Source: Nitrospira sp. (lineage in GTDB: Bacteria; Nitrospirota; Nitrospiria; Nitrospirales; Nitrospiraceae). Taken from it: a DNA stretch of 64,000 nt. The notes below the pieces were generated by a model, which was given only the letters and a program-made list of their open reading frames with translations, was not told the DNA's origin and did no database searches. This document shows positions 36,474 through 48,200 of this stretch, one piece after another. Numbering within the stretch: position 1 is the stretch's first letter; the number at the start of each line of letters is the position of its first letter. Made by a program: the position numbers and the translations under genes. The stretch spans positions 3,471,547 to 3,535,546 of the forward strand of contig CP092081.1 in the NCBI GenBank assembly GCA_022226935.1, given 5' to 3'.

Positions 36474-39400
36474 ATGCATCATCTACGATCGTTCCAGCTC
36501 CGTGACATGACCGCCTGCGGAGCGGCACTCCGGCAATTGGGCGCCGGGGCACAGACCTTCGACGAAGTTGCCGACCGCCTCGTTCGCCACCTCTACACAT
36601 CCCTGACTATGGTCCAGACCGGAGAGCCGGCCTGCGTCCTGATCCGACTCTTTAAGACCACCCCCTACGAGCTTCTGGCGCCAGACCTCAAGGCTCTGGC
36701 CGATCAACGGCTTGGCGACACACCGAGCGCTCCATCGATGACCTGTTTGACCCTCTTGGCCAGTGCCGGCATGTTCCCAGGCTGGAATGCGCCCGCGCTG
36801 TCCAGCCGCTTTCGGATCATTCCCCTCGGCACCTCCGACGACCTGAACAAGCTCCCGATGTTCAGTCAACTGTTTCGCCAGTTGGGCCTCGAATTGCCTC
36901 ATCTCGCGGAACCGGAGCAGAGCCTGCTCGTTGATCCGGACGAGCATGCGTTCAACGTCTTTCACGTTCCCGAAGCCGTGGGGAGCCCCTATGTACCGGC
37001 GCAAGAGGCATTCGTTCAGAAATACGGTGTCCGATCGGTACTCGGATTCGGAGCGCCGCTGCCCGATGGGCAGCTCTTCTCGATCATTCTGTTCAGCCAG
37101 GATGTCATCCCCGAAAGCACCGCGCAACTGTTCAAACCTCTGGCTCTCTGCGCGCAGACGGCCCTTGCCCCTTATGCTGTGAAGCCGGCCCCTTCACCCA
37201 CTGAGCCGGTCGCGCTCGGGAACCACCGCCATCATCAGGCGTCCTTGTCCATCGGTCATTTGGAATCACGCATCATCGAACTCGAACGACTCCTCGCTGT
37301 TCAAGAACTGACGGTGGCTTCCCAGGCAGAACGGATGGATCTCGTCGTCCGCGGCGCGGAAGCGGGCACCTGGGACTGGCATATCAGCACCGGGCACGTC
37401 ACCTTTAACGACCGCTGGGCGACCATGCTCGGCTACCAACTTCACGAACTCGAACCACACGTTCGAACGTGGGAACACCTCGTCCATCCGGAGGACCTGC
37501 CCGCTGTGATGGAGAGCGTGTCTGCCCATCTTCGCGGAGAAACCCCCCTCTATTCCACTGAACACCGCCTGCGGACCAAGTCCGGCACCTGGTGCTGGGT
37601 TTTTGACAGCGGACGTGTGGTCGAGCGCGATGCCACAGGCAATCCGGTGCGAGCCGCCGGCATCCATCTCGACATTTCCGCGCGCAAGGAACTGGAAGCG
37701 GCCCAAGCTCGCGCCCAGCGAGATCTTCAGGCCAAGCAGCTGGCGCTGGATGAGGCGCAAACGCTCGCCCATCTCGGCTTCTGGGAGTGGGACATTGTCA
37801 CGGGGGACGAACAATGGTCGGACGAACAATGCCGGATATTCGGATTTGATCCCGGGGCCATCAAGCCGACGTACGCCACCTTCCTCTCAGCCGTACATCC
37901 GGACGACAAAGGCCGCGTCCAGCAGGCGATTGATGCGGCGATCAATTATGACTTCCCCTACAACGTCGACTGCCGCATTCACCGGCCGAGCGGCGAAATC
38001 CGCCACATCAACTGCCGTGGGATCGTCCGCCGCAAGCCTGACGGCTCACCCGCCTCGATGACCGGAACGGTGCAAGACATTACCGCGCACAAACGAGCCG
38101 AATCGGCGTGGCGGGAGAGCGAGGCCCGCATGCGCTCGATTTTTGAGAGCGCGATCGAGGGGATTGTCGTCGTCGACGAACGGGGACGAATCGAGAGCGC
38201 GAATGCGGCCCTGCTGCACCTGCTGGGATATGAGGCTCACGAATTGATCGGGCAGAACATTTCGATGATCATGCCCCAACCCTATCGCGACAACCATTCG
38301 CAGTATCTTGCCAATTACCTGATCACGGGCAAACGGGTGATCATCGGCAGGGGCCGCGATGTGCCTGCCGTGCGAAAAGACGGCGCGCTGATCGATATCC
38401 ATGTGTCCATCAGCGAGATGCAAATCGGCGCGTCGAAAAAATATACCGGCATGATCCGTGACATTTCCGAACGGAAGCGGATGGAAGAAACTCTCCGAGA
38501 GAGTGAGGAACGGTTCCGGCAATTAGCGGAATCGATCGACGCGGTCTTCTGGCTCACGACCCCGGACAAAAGTCAGGTGCTCTACGTCAGTCCCGCGTTC
38601 GATACAATCTGGGGATGTTCTCGAGAGGCTCTCTATTCGAATCCGTTGTATTGGCTCGATCACATCCATCCGGAGGACCAAAAACGCGTGTCCGTCGCGG
38701 CGGCCTGCCAGGCGCATCTGCCCTATGACGAGGAATATCGCATCATCACGGCTACGGGGCGTGAGCGCTGGATCAGAGACCGCAGTTTCGCGATTAAGAA
38801 CGTTGCCGGACAGACCTATCGCGTGGCGGGGATCGCCCAAGACATCACCGAAGCCAAAGAGCTCGAAGCTCAACTTCGCGCCAGCGAACAGCGGCACCGA
38901 GCCCTGGTGGAACTGTCTCCCCATGCCATCTTCGTCATCCACAACAACACGATTGTGTTCGCCAATCACGCCTGCGTGAAACTCTTAGGCGCGATCGCCC
39001 CCTCGCAGCTCCTCGGAAGGCCGGTGATGGATTTTATCCATCCCGATTCGCGCGCCATCGCGCAGGAGCGCATGGCGCATCTGCGCTCGACGAATGGAAG
39101 CGTGCCACCGATAGAAGAACGTTTCATGGGGCTGGATGGTTCCCCCATCGAAGTAGAGATGGTCGCCGCGGCCATCCGATTCGAAGGGAATCAGGCGATC
39201 CAAGTCATTGTGACCGATATTCGCGGCCGCAAGGAGCTCGAACGGGCCTTGGTCGCGACCAACCTGCAGCTGGAAACCATTCTTGCCAGCGCCACCAAAG
39301 TGTCCATCATCGCCATCAACACCGAAGGAATGATGACGACCTTCAATCCCGGCGCGAAAGACATGCTCGGATATTCGGCCGATGAGATGATCGGACAACA

Positions 39401-41351
39401 GATGCTCATCGCTCTGCATCTGCCGGAAGAAATCGACAAATATGCCCGGGACATGAGCCAGTTCTATGACGTTCCGCTCCGGGGCTTGGAAGCTCTGACG
39501 TGGCAGGCGCGGCTGGGCGGATTCGACGAACAGGAATGGACCTACTGCCATAAAGATGGCCACCGTCTCACCGTTCTGGTCACGATTACGGCCCTTAAGA
39601 ACAACGACGGCGCCGTGACGGGATTTCTGGCGATCGGCAAAGACATCACCCAACGAAAAGAAGCGGAAGCCGCACTGACCGAAGCGGCCCGCGAATTAGC
39701 GCGAAAAAACGCCGAACTTGCCGAGGCAAGAGACGCCGCACTCGAAGCCGCCAAGCTCAAAGCGGACTTCCTTGCCACCATGAGTCATGAAATCAGAACC
39801 CCGATGAACGCGATCATCGGGATGACGGGACTCTTATTGGATACGGCCCTCACCGAGGAACAGCATGACTTCGCCGATACCGTCCGCCGTTCCAGCGACG
39901 CCCTCCTGACGATCGTCAACGATATTCTCGACTTCTCGAAGATCGAGGCAGGCAAACTCCATTTCGAACAGGTCGCCTTTGATCTTCGATTGGCCGTCGA
40001 AGACACGATTGAGTTAATGGCCGAACAAGCACAGAGCAAGGGCCTCGAATTGATTGCCCTGGTCGATGCCGCCGTTCCCGCCGGCGTACTGGGCGATCCG
40101 GGCCGGCTGCGGCAAATCCTGGTCAACCTCGTCAGCAATGCCATCAAATTCACGCCAACGGGCGAGGTCTTTGTCCATGTCAGTCGAGAGACAGGAGAAA
40201 GCCCGAATCACCTGCGATTCGCCATCACCGATACGGGCATCGGCATCTCGGATGAGGCGCAGAAGAAATTGTTCCAGGCCTTCGTCCAAGCCGACAGTTC
40301 CACCACGCGCCGCTTCGGAGGGACCGGTCTCGGACTCGCTATTTGCCAACGTCTCGTCCAGCAAATGCAGGGGCGCATCGGCATCGAGAGCCGGCCAGGG
40401 GAAGGGAGCACCTTCTGGTTTACCGTCCAACTTCCCGAAGCCGTGCTTAGCTCTGCGCCTTCCACGCTCTCATGGGATCGACTCAGCGGGCGGCGCATTC
40501 TTCACGTCGATCCGAACAACATGAGCCGAAAAGTCTTGCAACAAGATCTGACGTCCAAAGGGCTGCAGTGCAGTGGTGCCAGAAACGCCGGAGAAGCCGT
40601 GGACCTGGCGCAGGCGGCCGCCGCTGCACAGAAGCCCTTCGATTTCGCGTTGATCGAGTTGCATCTCCCCGACAAGGACGGGTTTGAGACAGCCACCTTG
40701 CTGAAACACAATCCCGCCACCAGCGCCATACGTGTGGTGATTCTGACCACCGTCGGCCGGCGGGGAGACGGCGGGACTGCCCGCGCGCTCGGCATCAGCG
40801 CCTATCTCACCAAACCGCTCCGGCACACACAGTTGCTCGAATGTTTCTGCCAGCTTTTGGATGTCGCTCAGACAGACGCCGCTCCGGATACGGCTTCCAC
40901 CGGCGCGCCCCCATTGGTGACCCGCCATACCTTGAGCCAGGCCCCGACAGCTGCCACCACACGCCTGCTCCTGGCGGAGGATAATCCGGTGAACCAGAAA
41001 GTGGCCTGCAAGATGCTGGAGAAGCTCGGCTATCGCGTCGATATCGCCAGTAACGGCCAGGAAGCGGTGGCAGCCCACGAGCGGATGCGCTACCCGTTGA
41101 TTTTCATGGATTGCCAAATGCCCGAAGTCGATGGGTTCGAAGCCACCGCGCTGATCCGCAAAATGGAAGGCCGATCCGCCCATACCCCCATCGTCGCCAT
41201 GACGGCCAATGCCATGCAGGGAGACCGCGAACGCTGTCTTGAGGCGGGAATGGACGACTATGTCGCCAAACCGGTCCGGCCGAAAGACCTCCAGACCGTG
41301 CTGGATACCTGGCTCGGGAATCACGCAGAGAAAACCGGCACCACCGGATAA
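36474..41351 (+). CDS. Hybrid sensor histidine kinase (uncharacterised N-terminal domain, ~6 PAS, HisKA, HATPase, 2 REC)
   Basis: FLATMSHEIRTPMN, NLVSNAIKFT, DTGIGI, GGTGLGLAI, REC2 LIFMDCQMP and repeated PAS/PAC motifs. Confidence 0.95.
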   Translation: MHHLRSFQLRDMTACGAALRQLGAGAQTFDEVADRLVRHLYTSLTMVQTGEPACVLIRLFKTTPYELLAPDLKALADQRLGDTPSAPSMTCLTLLASAGMFPGWNAPALSSRFRIIPLGTSDDLNKLPMFSQLFRQLGLELPHLAEPEQSLLVDPDEHAFNVFHVPEAVGSPYVPAQEAFVQKYGVRSVLGFGAPLPDGQLFSIILFSQDVIPESTAQLFKPLALCAQTALAPYAVKPAPSPTEPVALGNHRHHQASLSIGHLESRIIELERLLAVQELTVASQAERMDLVVRGAEAGTWDWHISTGHVTFNDRWATMLGYQLHELEPHVRTWEHLVHPEDLPAVMESVSAHLRGETPLYSTEHRLRTKSGTWCWVFDSGRVVERDATGNPVRAAGIHLDISARKELEAAQARAQRDLQAKQLALDEAQTLAHLGFWEWDIVTGDEQWSDEQCRIFGFDPGAIKPTYATFLSAVHPDDKGRVQQAIDAAINYDFPYNVDCRIHRPSGEIRHINCRGIVRRKPDGSPASMTGTVQDITAHKRAESAWRESEARMRSIFESAIEGIVVVDERGRIESANAALLHLLGYEAHELIGQNISMIMPQPYRDNHSQYLANYLITGKRVIIGRGRDVPAVRKDGALIDIHVSISEMQIGASKKYTGMIRDISERKRMEETLRESEERFRQLAESIDAVFWLTTPDKSQVLYVSPAFDTIWGCSREALYSNPLYWLDHIHPEDQKRVSVAAACQAHLPYDEEYRIITATGRERWIRDRSFAIKNVAGQTYRVAGIAQDITEAKELEAQLRASEQRHRALVELSPHAIFVIHNNTIVFANHACVKLLGAIAPSQLLGRPVMDFIHPDSRAIAQERMAHLRSTNGSVPPIEERFMGLDGSPIEVEMVAAAIRFEGNQAIQVIVTDIRGRKELERALVATNLQLETILASATKVSIIAINTEGMMTTFNPGAKDMLGYSADEMIGQQMLIALHLPEEIDKYARDMSQFYDVPLRGLEALTWQARLGGFDEQEWTYCHKDGHRLTVLVTITALKNNDGAVTGFLAIGKDITQRKEAEAALTEAARELARKNAELAEARDAALEAAKLKADFLATMSHEIRTPMNAIIGMTGLLLDTALTEEQHDFADTVRRSSDALLTIVNDILDFSKIEAGKLHFEQVAFDLRLAVEDTIELMAEQAQSKGLELIALVDAAVPAGVLGDPGRLRQILVNLVSNAIKFTPTGEVFVHVSRETGESPNHLRFAITDTGIGISDEAQKKLFQAFVQADSSTTRRFGGTGLGLAICQRLVQQMQGRIGIESRPGEGSTFWFTVQLPEAVLSSAPSTLSWDRLSGRRILHVDPNNMSRKVLQQDLTSKGLQCSGARNAGEAVDLAQAAAAAQKPFDFALIELHLPDKDGFETATLLKHNPATSAIRVVILTTVGRRGDGGTARALGISAYLTKPLRHTQLLECFCQLLDVAQTDAAPDTASTGAPPLVTRHTLSQAPTAATTRLLLAEDNPVNQKVACKMLEKLGYRVDIASNGQEAVAAHERMRYPLIFMDCQMPEVDGFEATALIRKMEGRSAHTPIVAMTANAMQGDRERCLEAGMDDYVAKPVRPKDLQTVLDTWLGNHAEKTGTTG

Positions 41352-41365
41352 AAGGAAGTGTCATC

Positions 41366-44221
41366 ATGTCCGTCCATCCTCTTCGCCTCAAGCATCGGCA
41401 TGAACCGGCGCTGGACCCCAGCATCCTGCATGTCTTGCCGGCCAATATCGCCGTGCTGGGCGCCGACGGAACGATCCTCGCCGTCAACGAAGCCTGGGAA
41501 CGGTTCGGGGCCGCCAATGGCTTCACCGCGGAGGCCTACGGGGTCGGCTTGAATTACCTTCACGTATGCGACAGCGCCGGAACCCATCCGGATGCGATGC
41601 ATGTGGCGGAGGGCATCCGGCATATTCTCGATGGCACCATTCGCGCCTTCTCGTACGAATATGAAAGCTCCAGCCCGTTCCTCCGGCGCTGGTTCCGCAT
41701 CATTGTCACGCCCATGCAAGGGCATGGGCGTTATGGCGCGGTCGTCATGCATATCAATGTGTCCGACCTCAAGCAGGCGGAAGCCGCCATGCATCGCAGC
41801 GAAGTCCGGCTACGCGCCATCGTAGACACGGCGGTGGACGGCATCGTCGTCATCAATGAACGGGGCGTGATCGAATCCGTCAATCCCGCCGTCACCAAAA
41901 TGTTCGGGTACACTCCGGGCCAGTTGCTCGGCCAAAATGTCAAAATGCTCATGCCCGATCCCTACCATACGGAGCATGACCAATACCTGCGCAATTACCT
42001 GGCGTCCGGCCTAAAGAAAGTCATCGGCATCGGCCGGGAAGTGCTGGGACGACGCAGCGACGGCGCCTCGTTCCCGATCGAACTGGCCGTCAGTGAGATG
42101 CGGGTCGATGGGGCGAGAAAATTCACCGGCATCGTCCGTGACATCTCGTCCCGCATCCAGGCCGAAATGCAGTTCCGGCAGGTGGTCGAATCCGCGCCGA
42201 ACGGGATGCTGATGATCGATCCGAAGGGCACCATCACGATGGTCAACAAACAGGTCGAAGCCATGTTCGGCTACAGCCGGGAGGAAATGCTCGGCCACCC
42301 GGTCGAAATGTTGATACCGGAACGGTTTCGTCCCAATCACCCGAGCCATCGCATGGGCTATTTTTCCGCTCCCACCTCGCGGGCCATGGGGGTGGGACGG
42401 GAACTGTTCGGATTACGCAAAGACAGCACAGAGTTCCCCGTCGAACTCGGCCTCAATCCCATCGATACGTCCAAGGGGCAACTCGCCCTCGCCTCCATCG
42501 TCGATATTTCGCTCCGAAAAAAGACCGAGAATGCCTTGGCAAAGGCGGCGCAGGACCTCGAATGGAAAAACTGGGAGCTCTCAGAGGCGCGTGATCAGGC
42601 GGTCAGGGCCGGCCAGGCCAAGACCGATTTTCTGGCGACCATGAGTCATGAGATCCGGACCCCGATGAACGGGGTTTTGGGCATGACGACGCTGCTGCTC
42701 GACACCAGCCTGACAGCGGAGCAGCGGGACTATTTGCAGACCCTCCGGCATTCCAGCGAATCCCTGCTGCGCATCATCAACGACATTCTGGATTTTTCGA
42801 AGATCGAAGCCGGCAAATTTACCATCGAGCACATTCCGTTCGATCTCCGGCTGACGATCGAGGATACGCTGGACATCCTGGCGCCGACCGCGCAAGGGCG
42901 GCAGCTTGAGTTGGTCGGCTTGATTGACGCACAAACTCCCCGCACCGTCGTCGGCGATCCCGGCCGCATCCGTCAAATTCTCACCAACCTGGTGGGCAAT
43001 GCGATCAAATTTACCGAACACGGGGAAGTCCTGATTCAGGTCTTGCAGACAGACGAAGATCCAGGATCGGTCGCCCTTCGGTTCGAGGTGATCGACACCG
43101 GAATCGGCCTCAGCCCCGAGGCGCAAGCCAAGATGTTTCAAGCGTTCACGCAAGCCGATAGCTCAACCGCCAGGAAATATGGGGGAACCGGCCTTGGCCT
43201 CACGATTTGCAAACGCTTGGTGGAGTTGATGGGGGGACAAATCGGCCTACAGTCGATCGCCGGACAGGGAACGTGCATCTGGTTTACCATTCGGTTCGGC
43301 ACGCAAACCGACGCAACCCCGGCCCTCCCGCCGTCTCCGGCGGTCAAGGACCTCACCGGCTTGCGGGTCTGTCTGGTCGATGATAACGCAACCAATCGGA
43401 GCCTGCTCCAGTACCATGTGTCGGCGTGGAACATGCACCACGAAAGCGTGGTCGATGGCCCGTCGGCACTGGCCTTGCTGCGGAGAGCGGCTGAAGAAGG
43501 GACGCCGTTCGATCTCGCCATTATCGATATGTACATGCCGGAAATGAACGGTCTCGAGCTCTGCCGGCTGATCAAGCAGGATCCCGTGATTCGCAAGACG
43601 CATCTGATCATGCTCACCGCATCCGGCCAGCGGGGCGATAGCTTGGCCGCCCAAGAAGCCGGCGCCGCCGCGTACCTGACCAAACCGATTCGCGAACGCC
43701 ACCTGGCCGATTGCATCCGTCTCATCTTCAGCCGGGATGATGCCGAGGAACAAGCCGCCCCGCTGATCACACGTCATACCATCACGGAGACCGTCGCCCG
43801 TTTCGCGCCGCGGGTACTGGTGGTGGACGACAATCCGGTCAATCAGAAAGTCGCCGTCAAGATGCTGGAAAAGTTGGGATGCCGCGTGGATTTAGCCGGA
43901 AACGGGATGGAGGCGCTGGCCGCCGTCTGCCGGCATCGGTACCCCTTGGTGTTTATGGATTGTCAGATGCCGGATCTCGACGGACTTGAAACCACCCGGC
44001 TGATTCGGTCTCAGGAAAAACCGGGCGAACATCTCCCGGTTATTGCCATGACGGCGAATGCGATGGAGGGCGATCGCGAAACCTGTCTCAAAGCCGGCAT
44101 GGATGACTTCATCAGCAAACCGATTATCACCTCTGATCTGAAGAGGATCCTCGCGCGATGGGTTCCGCAGAACCAAGTCGAGGGCGAACAAGCCGCCTCA
44201 CCTCAAACGCCTGCAGCCTGA
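41366..44221 (+). CDS. Hybrid sensor histidine kinase (3 PAS, HisKA, HATPase, 2 REC)
   Basis: FLATMSHEIRTPMNG, NLVGNAIKFT, AIIDMYMP, VFMDCQMP and a FixL-like PAS. Confidence 0.95.
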   Translation: MSVHPLRLKHRHEPALDPSILHVLPANIAVLGADGTILAVNEAWERFGAANGFTAEAYGVGLNYLHVCDSAGTHPDAMHVAEGIRHILDGTIRAFSYEYESSSPFLRRWFRIIVTPMQGHGRYGAVVMHINVSDLKQAEAAMHRSEVRLRAIVDTAVDGIVVINERGVIESVNPAVTKMFGYTPGQLLGQNVKMLMPDPYHTEHDQYLRNYLASGLKKVIGIGREVLGRRSDGASFPIELAVSEMRVDGARKFTGIVRDISSRIQAEMQFRQVVESAPNGMLMIDPKGTITMVNKQVEAMFGYSREEMLGHPVEMLIPERFRPNHPSHRMGYFSAPTSRAMGVGRELFGLRKDSTEFPVELGLNPIDTSKGQLALASIVDISLRKKTENALAKAAQDLEWKNWELSEARDQAVRAGQAKTDFLATMSHEIRTPMNGVLGMTTLLLDTSLTAEQRDYLQTLRHSSESLLRIINDILDFSKIEAGKFTIEHIPFDLRLTIEDTLDILAPTAQGRQLELVGLIDAQTPRTVVGDPGRIRQILTNLVGNAIKFTEHGEVLIQVLQTDEDPGSVALRFEVIDTGIGLSPEAQAKMFQAFTQADSSTARKYGGTGLGLTICKRLVELMGGQIGLQSIAGQGTCIWFTIRFGTQTDATPALPPSPAVKDLTGLRVCLVDDNATNRSLLQYHVSAWNMHHESVVDGPSALALLRRAAEEGTPFDLAIIDMYMPEMNGLELCRLIKQDPVIRKTHLIMLTASGQRGDSLAAQEAGAAAYLTKPIRERHLADCIRLIFSRDDAEEQAAPLITRHTITETVARFAPRVLVVDDNPVNQKVAVKMLEKLGCRVDLAGNGMEALAAVCRHRYPLVFMDCQMPDLDGLETTRLIRSQEKPGEHLPVIAMTANAMEGDRETCLKAGMDDFISKPIITSDLKRILARWVPQNQVEGEQAASPQTPAA

Positions 44222-44367
44222 TCCGCGGTCCGTTCGGAACAATCTCCCGGCAACCGGCTCCCTTGCCTTCGCACAAGCAGCGCCGCCTCGTCTGTAACTA
44301 TCTCGCGATTGACAGAAGCCGACGCGCCCACTAGGATACGCCCTCAACAAGGAGGGTACGTACAGGC

Positions 44368-44925
44368 GTGAGTCATTCTTCTCCACCCCATACCGCATCG
44401 GTGCCGTCTACAGCAGCCCATCGCGTCGAGCAGCTCTTCGAAATCCTGATCTTCGGCAGCCGCTGGATTCAAGCTCCGCTCTATGGCGGTCTGATCGTCG
44501 CCGAACTCCTCTATGCCGCCAAGTTCTTGACGGAACTCTGGCACATGATCGTCCATTTCCGCGAGGAGACCGAAACCCTGTTCATGCTGGGTGTGCTGTC
44601 ACTGATCGACGTCACCATGGTGGCCAACCTCTTGACCATGGTCATCATCGGCGGCTATGCGACCTTCGTCAGCAAACTCGATCTGGAAACCCACCCGGAC
44701 CGCCCGGAATGGCTCACCCATGTGGACCCCGGCACCATCAAGATCAAGCTGGCGGCGTCGTTGGTCGGTATTTCCAGCATTCACTTGCTCAAAGCCTTTG
44801 TGGACGTCACCAACGAAAACCCCGAACACATCAAATGGAAGATCTTTATTCACATGACCTTCCTTGGTTCGGCAATCTTTCTGGCCTATACCGACAAGCT
44901 GATGCAGCGAGACCGGAAACACTAA
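44368..44925 (+). CDS. TIGR00645/UPF0114 (YqhA-like) membrane protein
   Basis: SRWIQAPLYGGL, LSLIDVTMVANLL, GGYATFVSKL, IKLAASLVGISSIHLLK. GTG start with GGAGG. Confidence 0.85.
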   Translation: MSHSSPPHTASVPSTAAHRVEQLFEILIFGSRWIQAPLYGGLIVAELLYAAKFLTELWHMIVHFREETETLFMLGVLSLIDVTMVANLLTMVIIGGYATFVSKLDLETHPDRPEWLTHVDPGTIKIKLAASLVGISSIHLLKAFVDVTNENPEHIKWKIFIHMTFLGSAIFLAYTDKLMQRDRKH

Positions 44926-45203
44926 CGGCACCTCTGGAAAAGATACGGCTGGATCCTTTTCGCCGTATCGATTGAGATACGGGTGGTATCTATTCCGATA
45001 ATCGCTCGCCCATGTCGTCAGACACCATCGCTTGTATCTTTGGGTGCTCCTTCGCCGTTGACGGCCCCGCGCGCTTACCTCGATTGACCGCATCCTCCAT
45101 CTTCACGAGGCATGTGCTTTGCCTTGTCTCAGCCTAAACGGACTGATCCGCCATCTGGCGGCCGATCGTCCATCGTCCCCATGATTATCGCCATGGAGTC
45201 CTG

Positions 45204-48200
45204 ATGACTAGTCCCAGTCCTCAGAAAGATACCTTTCTGACACTCGCCAACATTCTGGGAGAGGAAACGGAATTGCTCCACGGCCCTTTCTCGGAAGACC
45301 ATCCCCTGAAGGTCCTGGAACGGGCACCTTCCACAGAAGGGTCGGACAAGCGGTATCTCGACGCGCTCAACCGCCACATTCACGCGTGCCATCCGAAGCG
45401 CGCCGGTTTGTGTCTATCCGGAGGAGGGATACGGAGCGCAACCTTCGGATTGGGCGTCCTGCAATCCCTGGCGCGCCTGCAGTTATTGGACAAGTTCGAC
45501 TACCTTTCCACCGTCTCCGGCGGCGGGTATATCGGCAGCTGGCTCACGGCCTGGATCCATCGCCATCCCCGCGGCCTGGCAGGCGTCATCGAAGATCTGA
45601 ACAGAACATCGAAAGCCGGTTCGGATGAAGCCTCTCTGCCGGTCCGCTGGCTCCGGAACTACAGTAACTATCTCAGTCCGCACCTGGGGTTCTTCTCCGC
45701 CGATTCCTGGACCTTACTCGGCATCTATTTGCGCAACCTTCATCTGAATTGGATGGTTCTGCTCCCGTTGCTCATGATGCCGCTCCTCGCGCCGCGCTGG
45801 ATCATCGCCCTCGCCCAGCTCAATGCCCCAAACACCTCGCCGCCGTGTATGGCGCCCTCCTCCCTCCTGGTCATCGGGATCGGCCTCGCGGTCATGGCAT
45901 TGATCTATTTGCATCTCTGCCGCCCTACCCTCCGCGAATATCGCCGCGACACCTGGTGGCAAACGCTGGAAAGCCAACGCTGGTTTCTGATGACCTGCCT
46001 CTGTCCCTTGATCCTTTCGGTCCTCTGCCTCACTACCGCCTGGGCCTGGTTTCGCAACGGCGGCGGAAAACCTGACGTATTTACGCTGGATCATGCCGTC
46101 TTTGGTGGTGCGATCGTTCATACGGGCAGCTGGCTCTTTTCCGCCGTCGTCCTCAAGCGATTCAAGACGTTCACGCGCTGGCTCCTTTGGGAAACCCTCG
46201 CCGTGGCGGCGACCGGCGCGCTGGGCGGATGGTTTCTTCGCGCGGCGCTCATCAAAACCGCCGACCAATTGACCGTCACCTCTCACGCGGAATGGTTTAC
46301 CACACTCGCCGTTCCCGGCGTCCTGGCGATATTTCTGCTCACGGCGACGATCTTCATCGGGCTCGCCAGCCGGTTCACCGAAGAGCAGGACCGCGAGTGG
46401 TGGGGGCGCACCGGTTCGTGGGTGCTGATCGCGATGGTCATGTGGTCCGGCCTCTGCGCGATCGTCATCTTCGGGCCCGGTCTCATGTACTGGATGACGC
46501 CCAAAGTCGCAGCCTCCGTCGGCGGACTGTCCGGGTTGCTCACGCTGTTCCTCGGCTTCAGCTCCAAGACCACCGCGCAAGAACAGGAAGAGCGCTCGCG
46601 GATGACAATCCTCTCGGATGTGGCCGTCAAGGCAGCCGCGCCGATCTTCATGCTGTGCGTGTTCATCGCGCTTTCACTGGGCACGAGTTGGGAATTGGAC
46701 CTGCTCGCTCAGCAGTACGGGAAGGCGCCTCTTGGCAGCCACACCGCTTCCCAGGAGGCTGAAGACACAGGTTGGACCAACCCCTGGGCTCACGAACGAG
46801 TGCTCCACCACACGCCCATGTGGCTGTTGTTCCGGTTCACGGTGACGGTGGCGCTATTGGGCTTGCTGATGTCCTGGCTGATCAACATCAACCGGTTTTC
46901 ACTGCACGCGATGTACCGCAACCGGCTCATCCGGGCCTATCTGGGAGCGTCCCGCCGGCAGGCTGAACGCGAACGGACCTTCAACCCGTTCACTGGGTTC
47001 GACAATCTGGACAACCCCGCCATGGGCGACGTGCGATTCGACGACGTGCGGCTGGCGCGCTGGATGTTCGACAAAGAATTTTCCGCGGACACCCGCGCGT
47101 TGCTCAACGCGTTCCATGCGCGCCCCACGTCGTCACCGGCCGAGCTGGATGCGCTCATGGCCCGGCTGTCGCAGGAGTTGTCCGATGCCGTAGCTCGCAA
47201 GACCCTCGGCCGGATTGCCGACGACTTGCGCATCGGACCTGCCTGCCGCCTGAAAGTCGCCGCGCTACAGCAGCCGGAAACAGCCGGAGGCCGGGTGGCC
47301 GCCACCTGGTTTACCATGCTGTTTGTGAACCAGCTGCATCGGCAAGCGCCGCGCCCGTTCCATCTCATCAATATCGCGCTCAATCTGGTCAAGGGGGACA
47401 ATCTGGCCTGGCAACAACGCAAGGCCCAATCCTTCACCATCAGCGCCCTCCACAGCGGCAGCTGGAATCTGGGGTATCGCCGATCCGAGGAATACGGAGC
47501 GAATCGTTATCTGGATCAGGGCCTCTCGCTGGGGACCGCCTTGGCCATCTCGGGCGCCGCCGCCAGTCCCAACATGGGATACCATTCATCGTCCGCGGTG
47601 ACATTCCTGCTGGCGCTGTTCAACATCCGTCTGGGCTGGTGGCTCGGCAATCCGGGGCCCGCCGGCGCAGATACCTATCGGCGGGCGTCGCCCTCGGTTT
47701 CCATACAGCCCTTGCTGGCTGAAACGTTCGGCCTCACCGACTCCTGCCATCCCTATGTCTATCTCTCGGACGGCGGACATTTCGAGAATCTGGGCTTGTA
47801 TGAAATGGTCCTGCGCCGCTGTCATTGCATTCTCGTGGTGGACGCCGGATGTGATCCTCGGTTGACCTTCGAGGACCTGGGCAATGCCATCCGCAAGATC
47901 AGAATCGACCTTGGTATCGACATCGAACTGAACCTGGACCAAATCAAGCGGGCAGAGGGCGCCAAGACGAGCAATCGCCACCATGCCATCGGCACGATTC
48001 GTTACGACAAAGTTGATGACAACGCGACCGCCGGGACATTGATCTATCTCAAACCGTCCCTGACCGGTAATGAACCGTCGGACGTGCAGGATTATGCGGC
48101 CCGCCATTCCGCATTTCCTCACGAACCCACCTCCGATCAATTCTTCGACGAAGCCCAGTTCGAGTCCTATCGCCGCTTGGGTGAACATGTGGCGCAAGAG

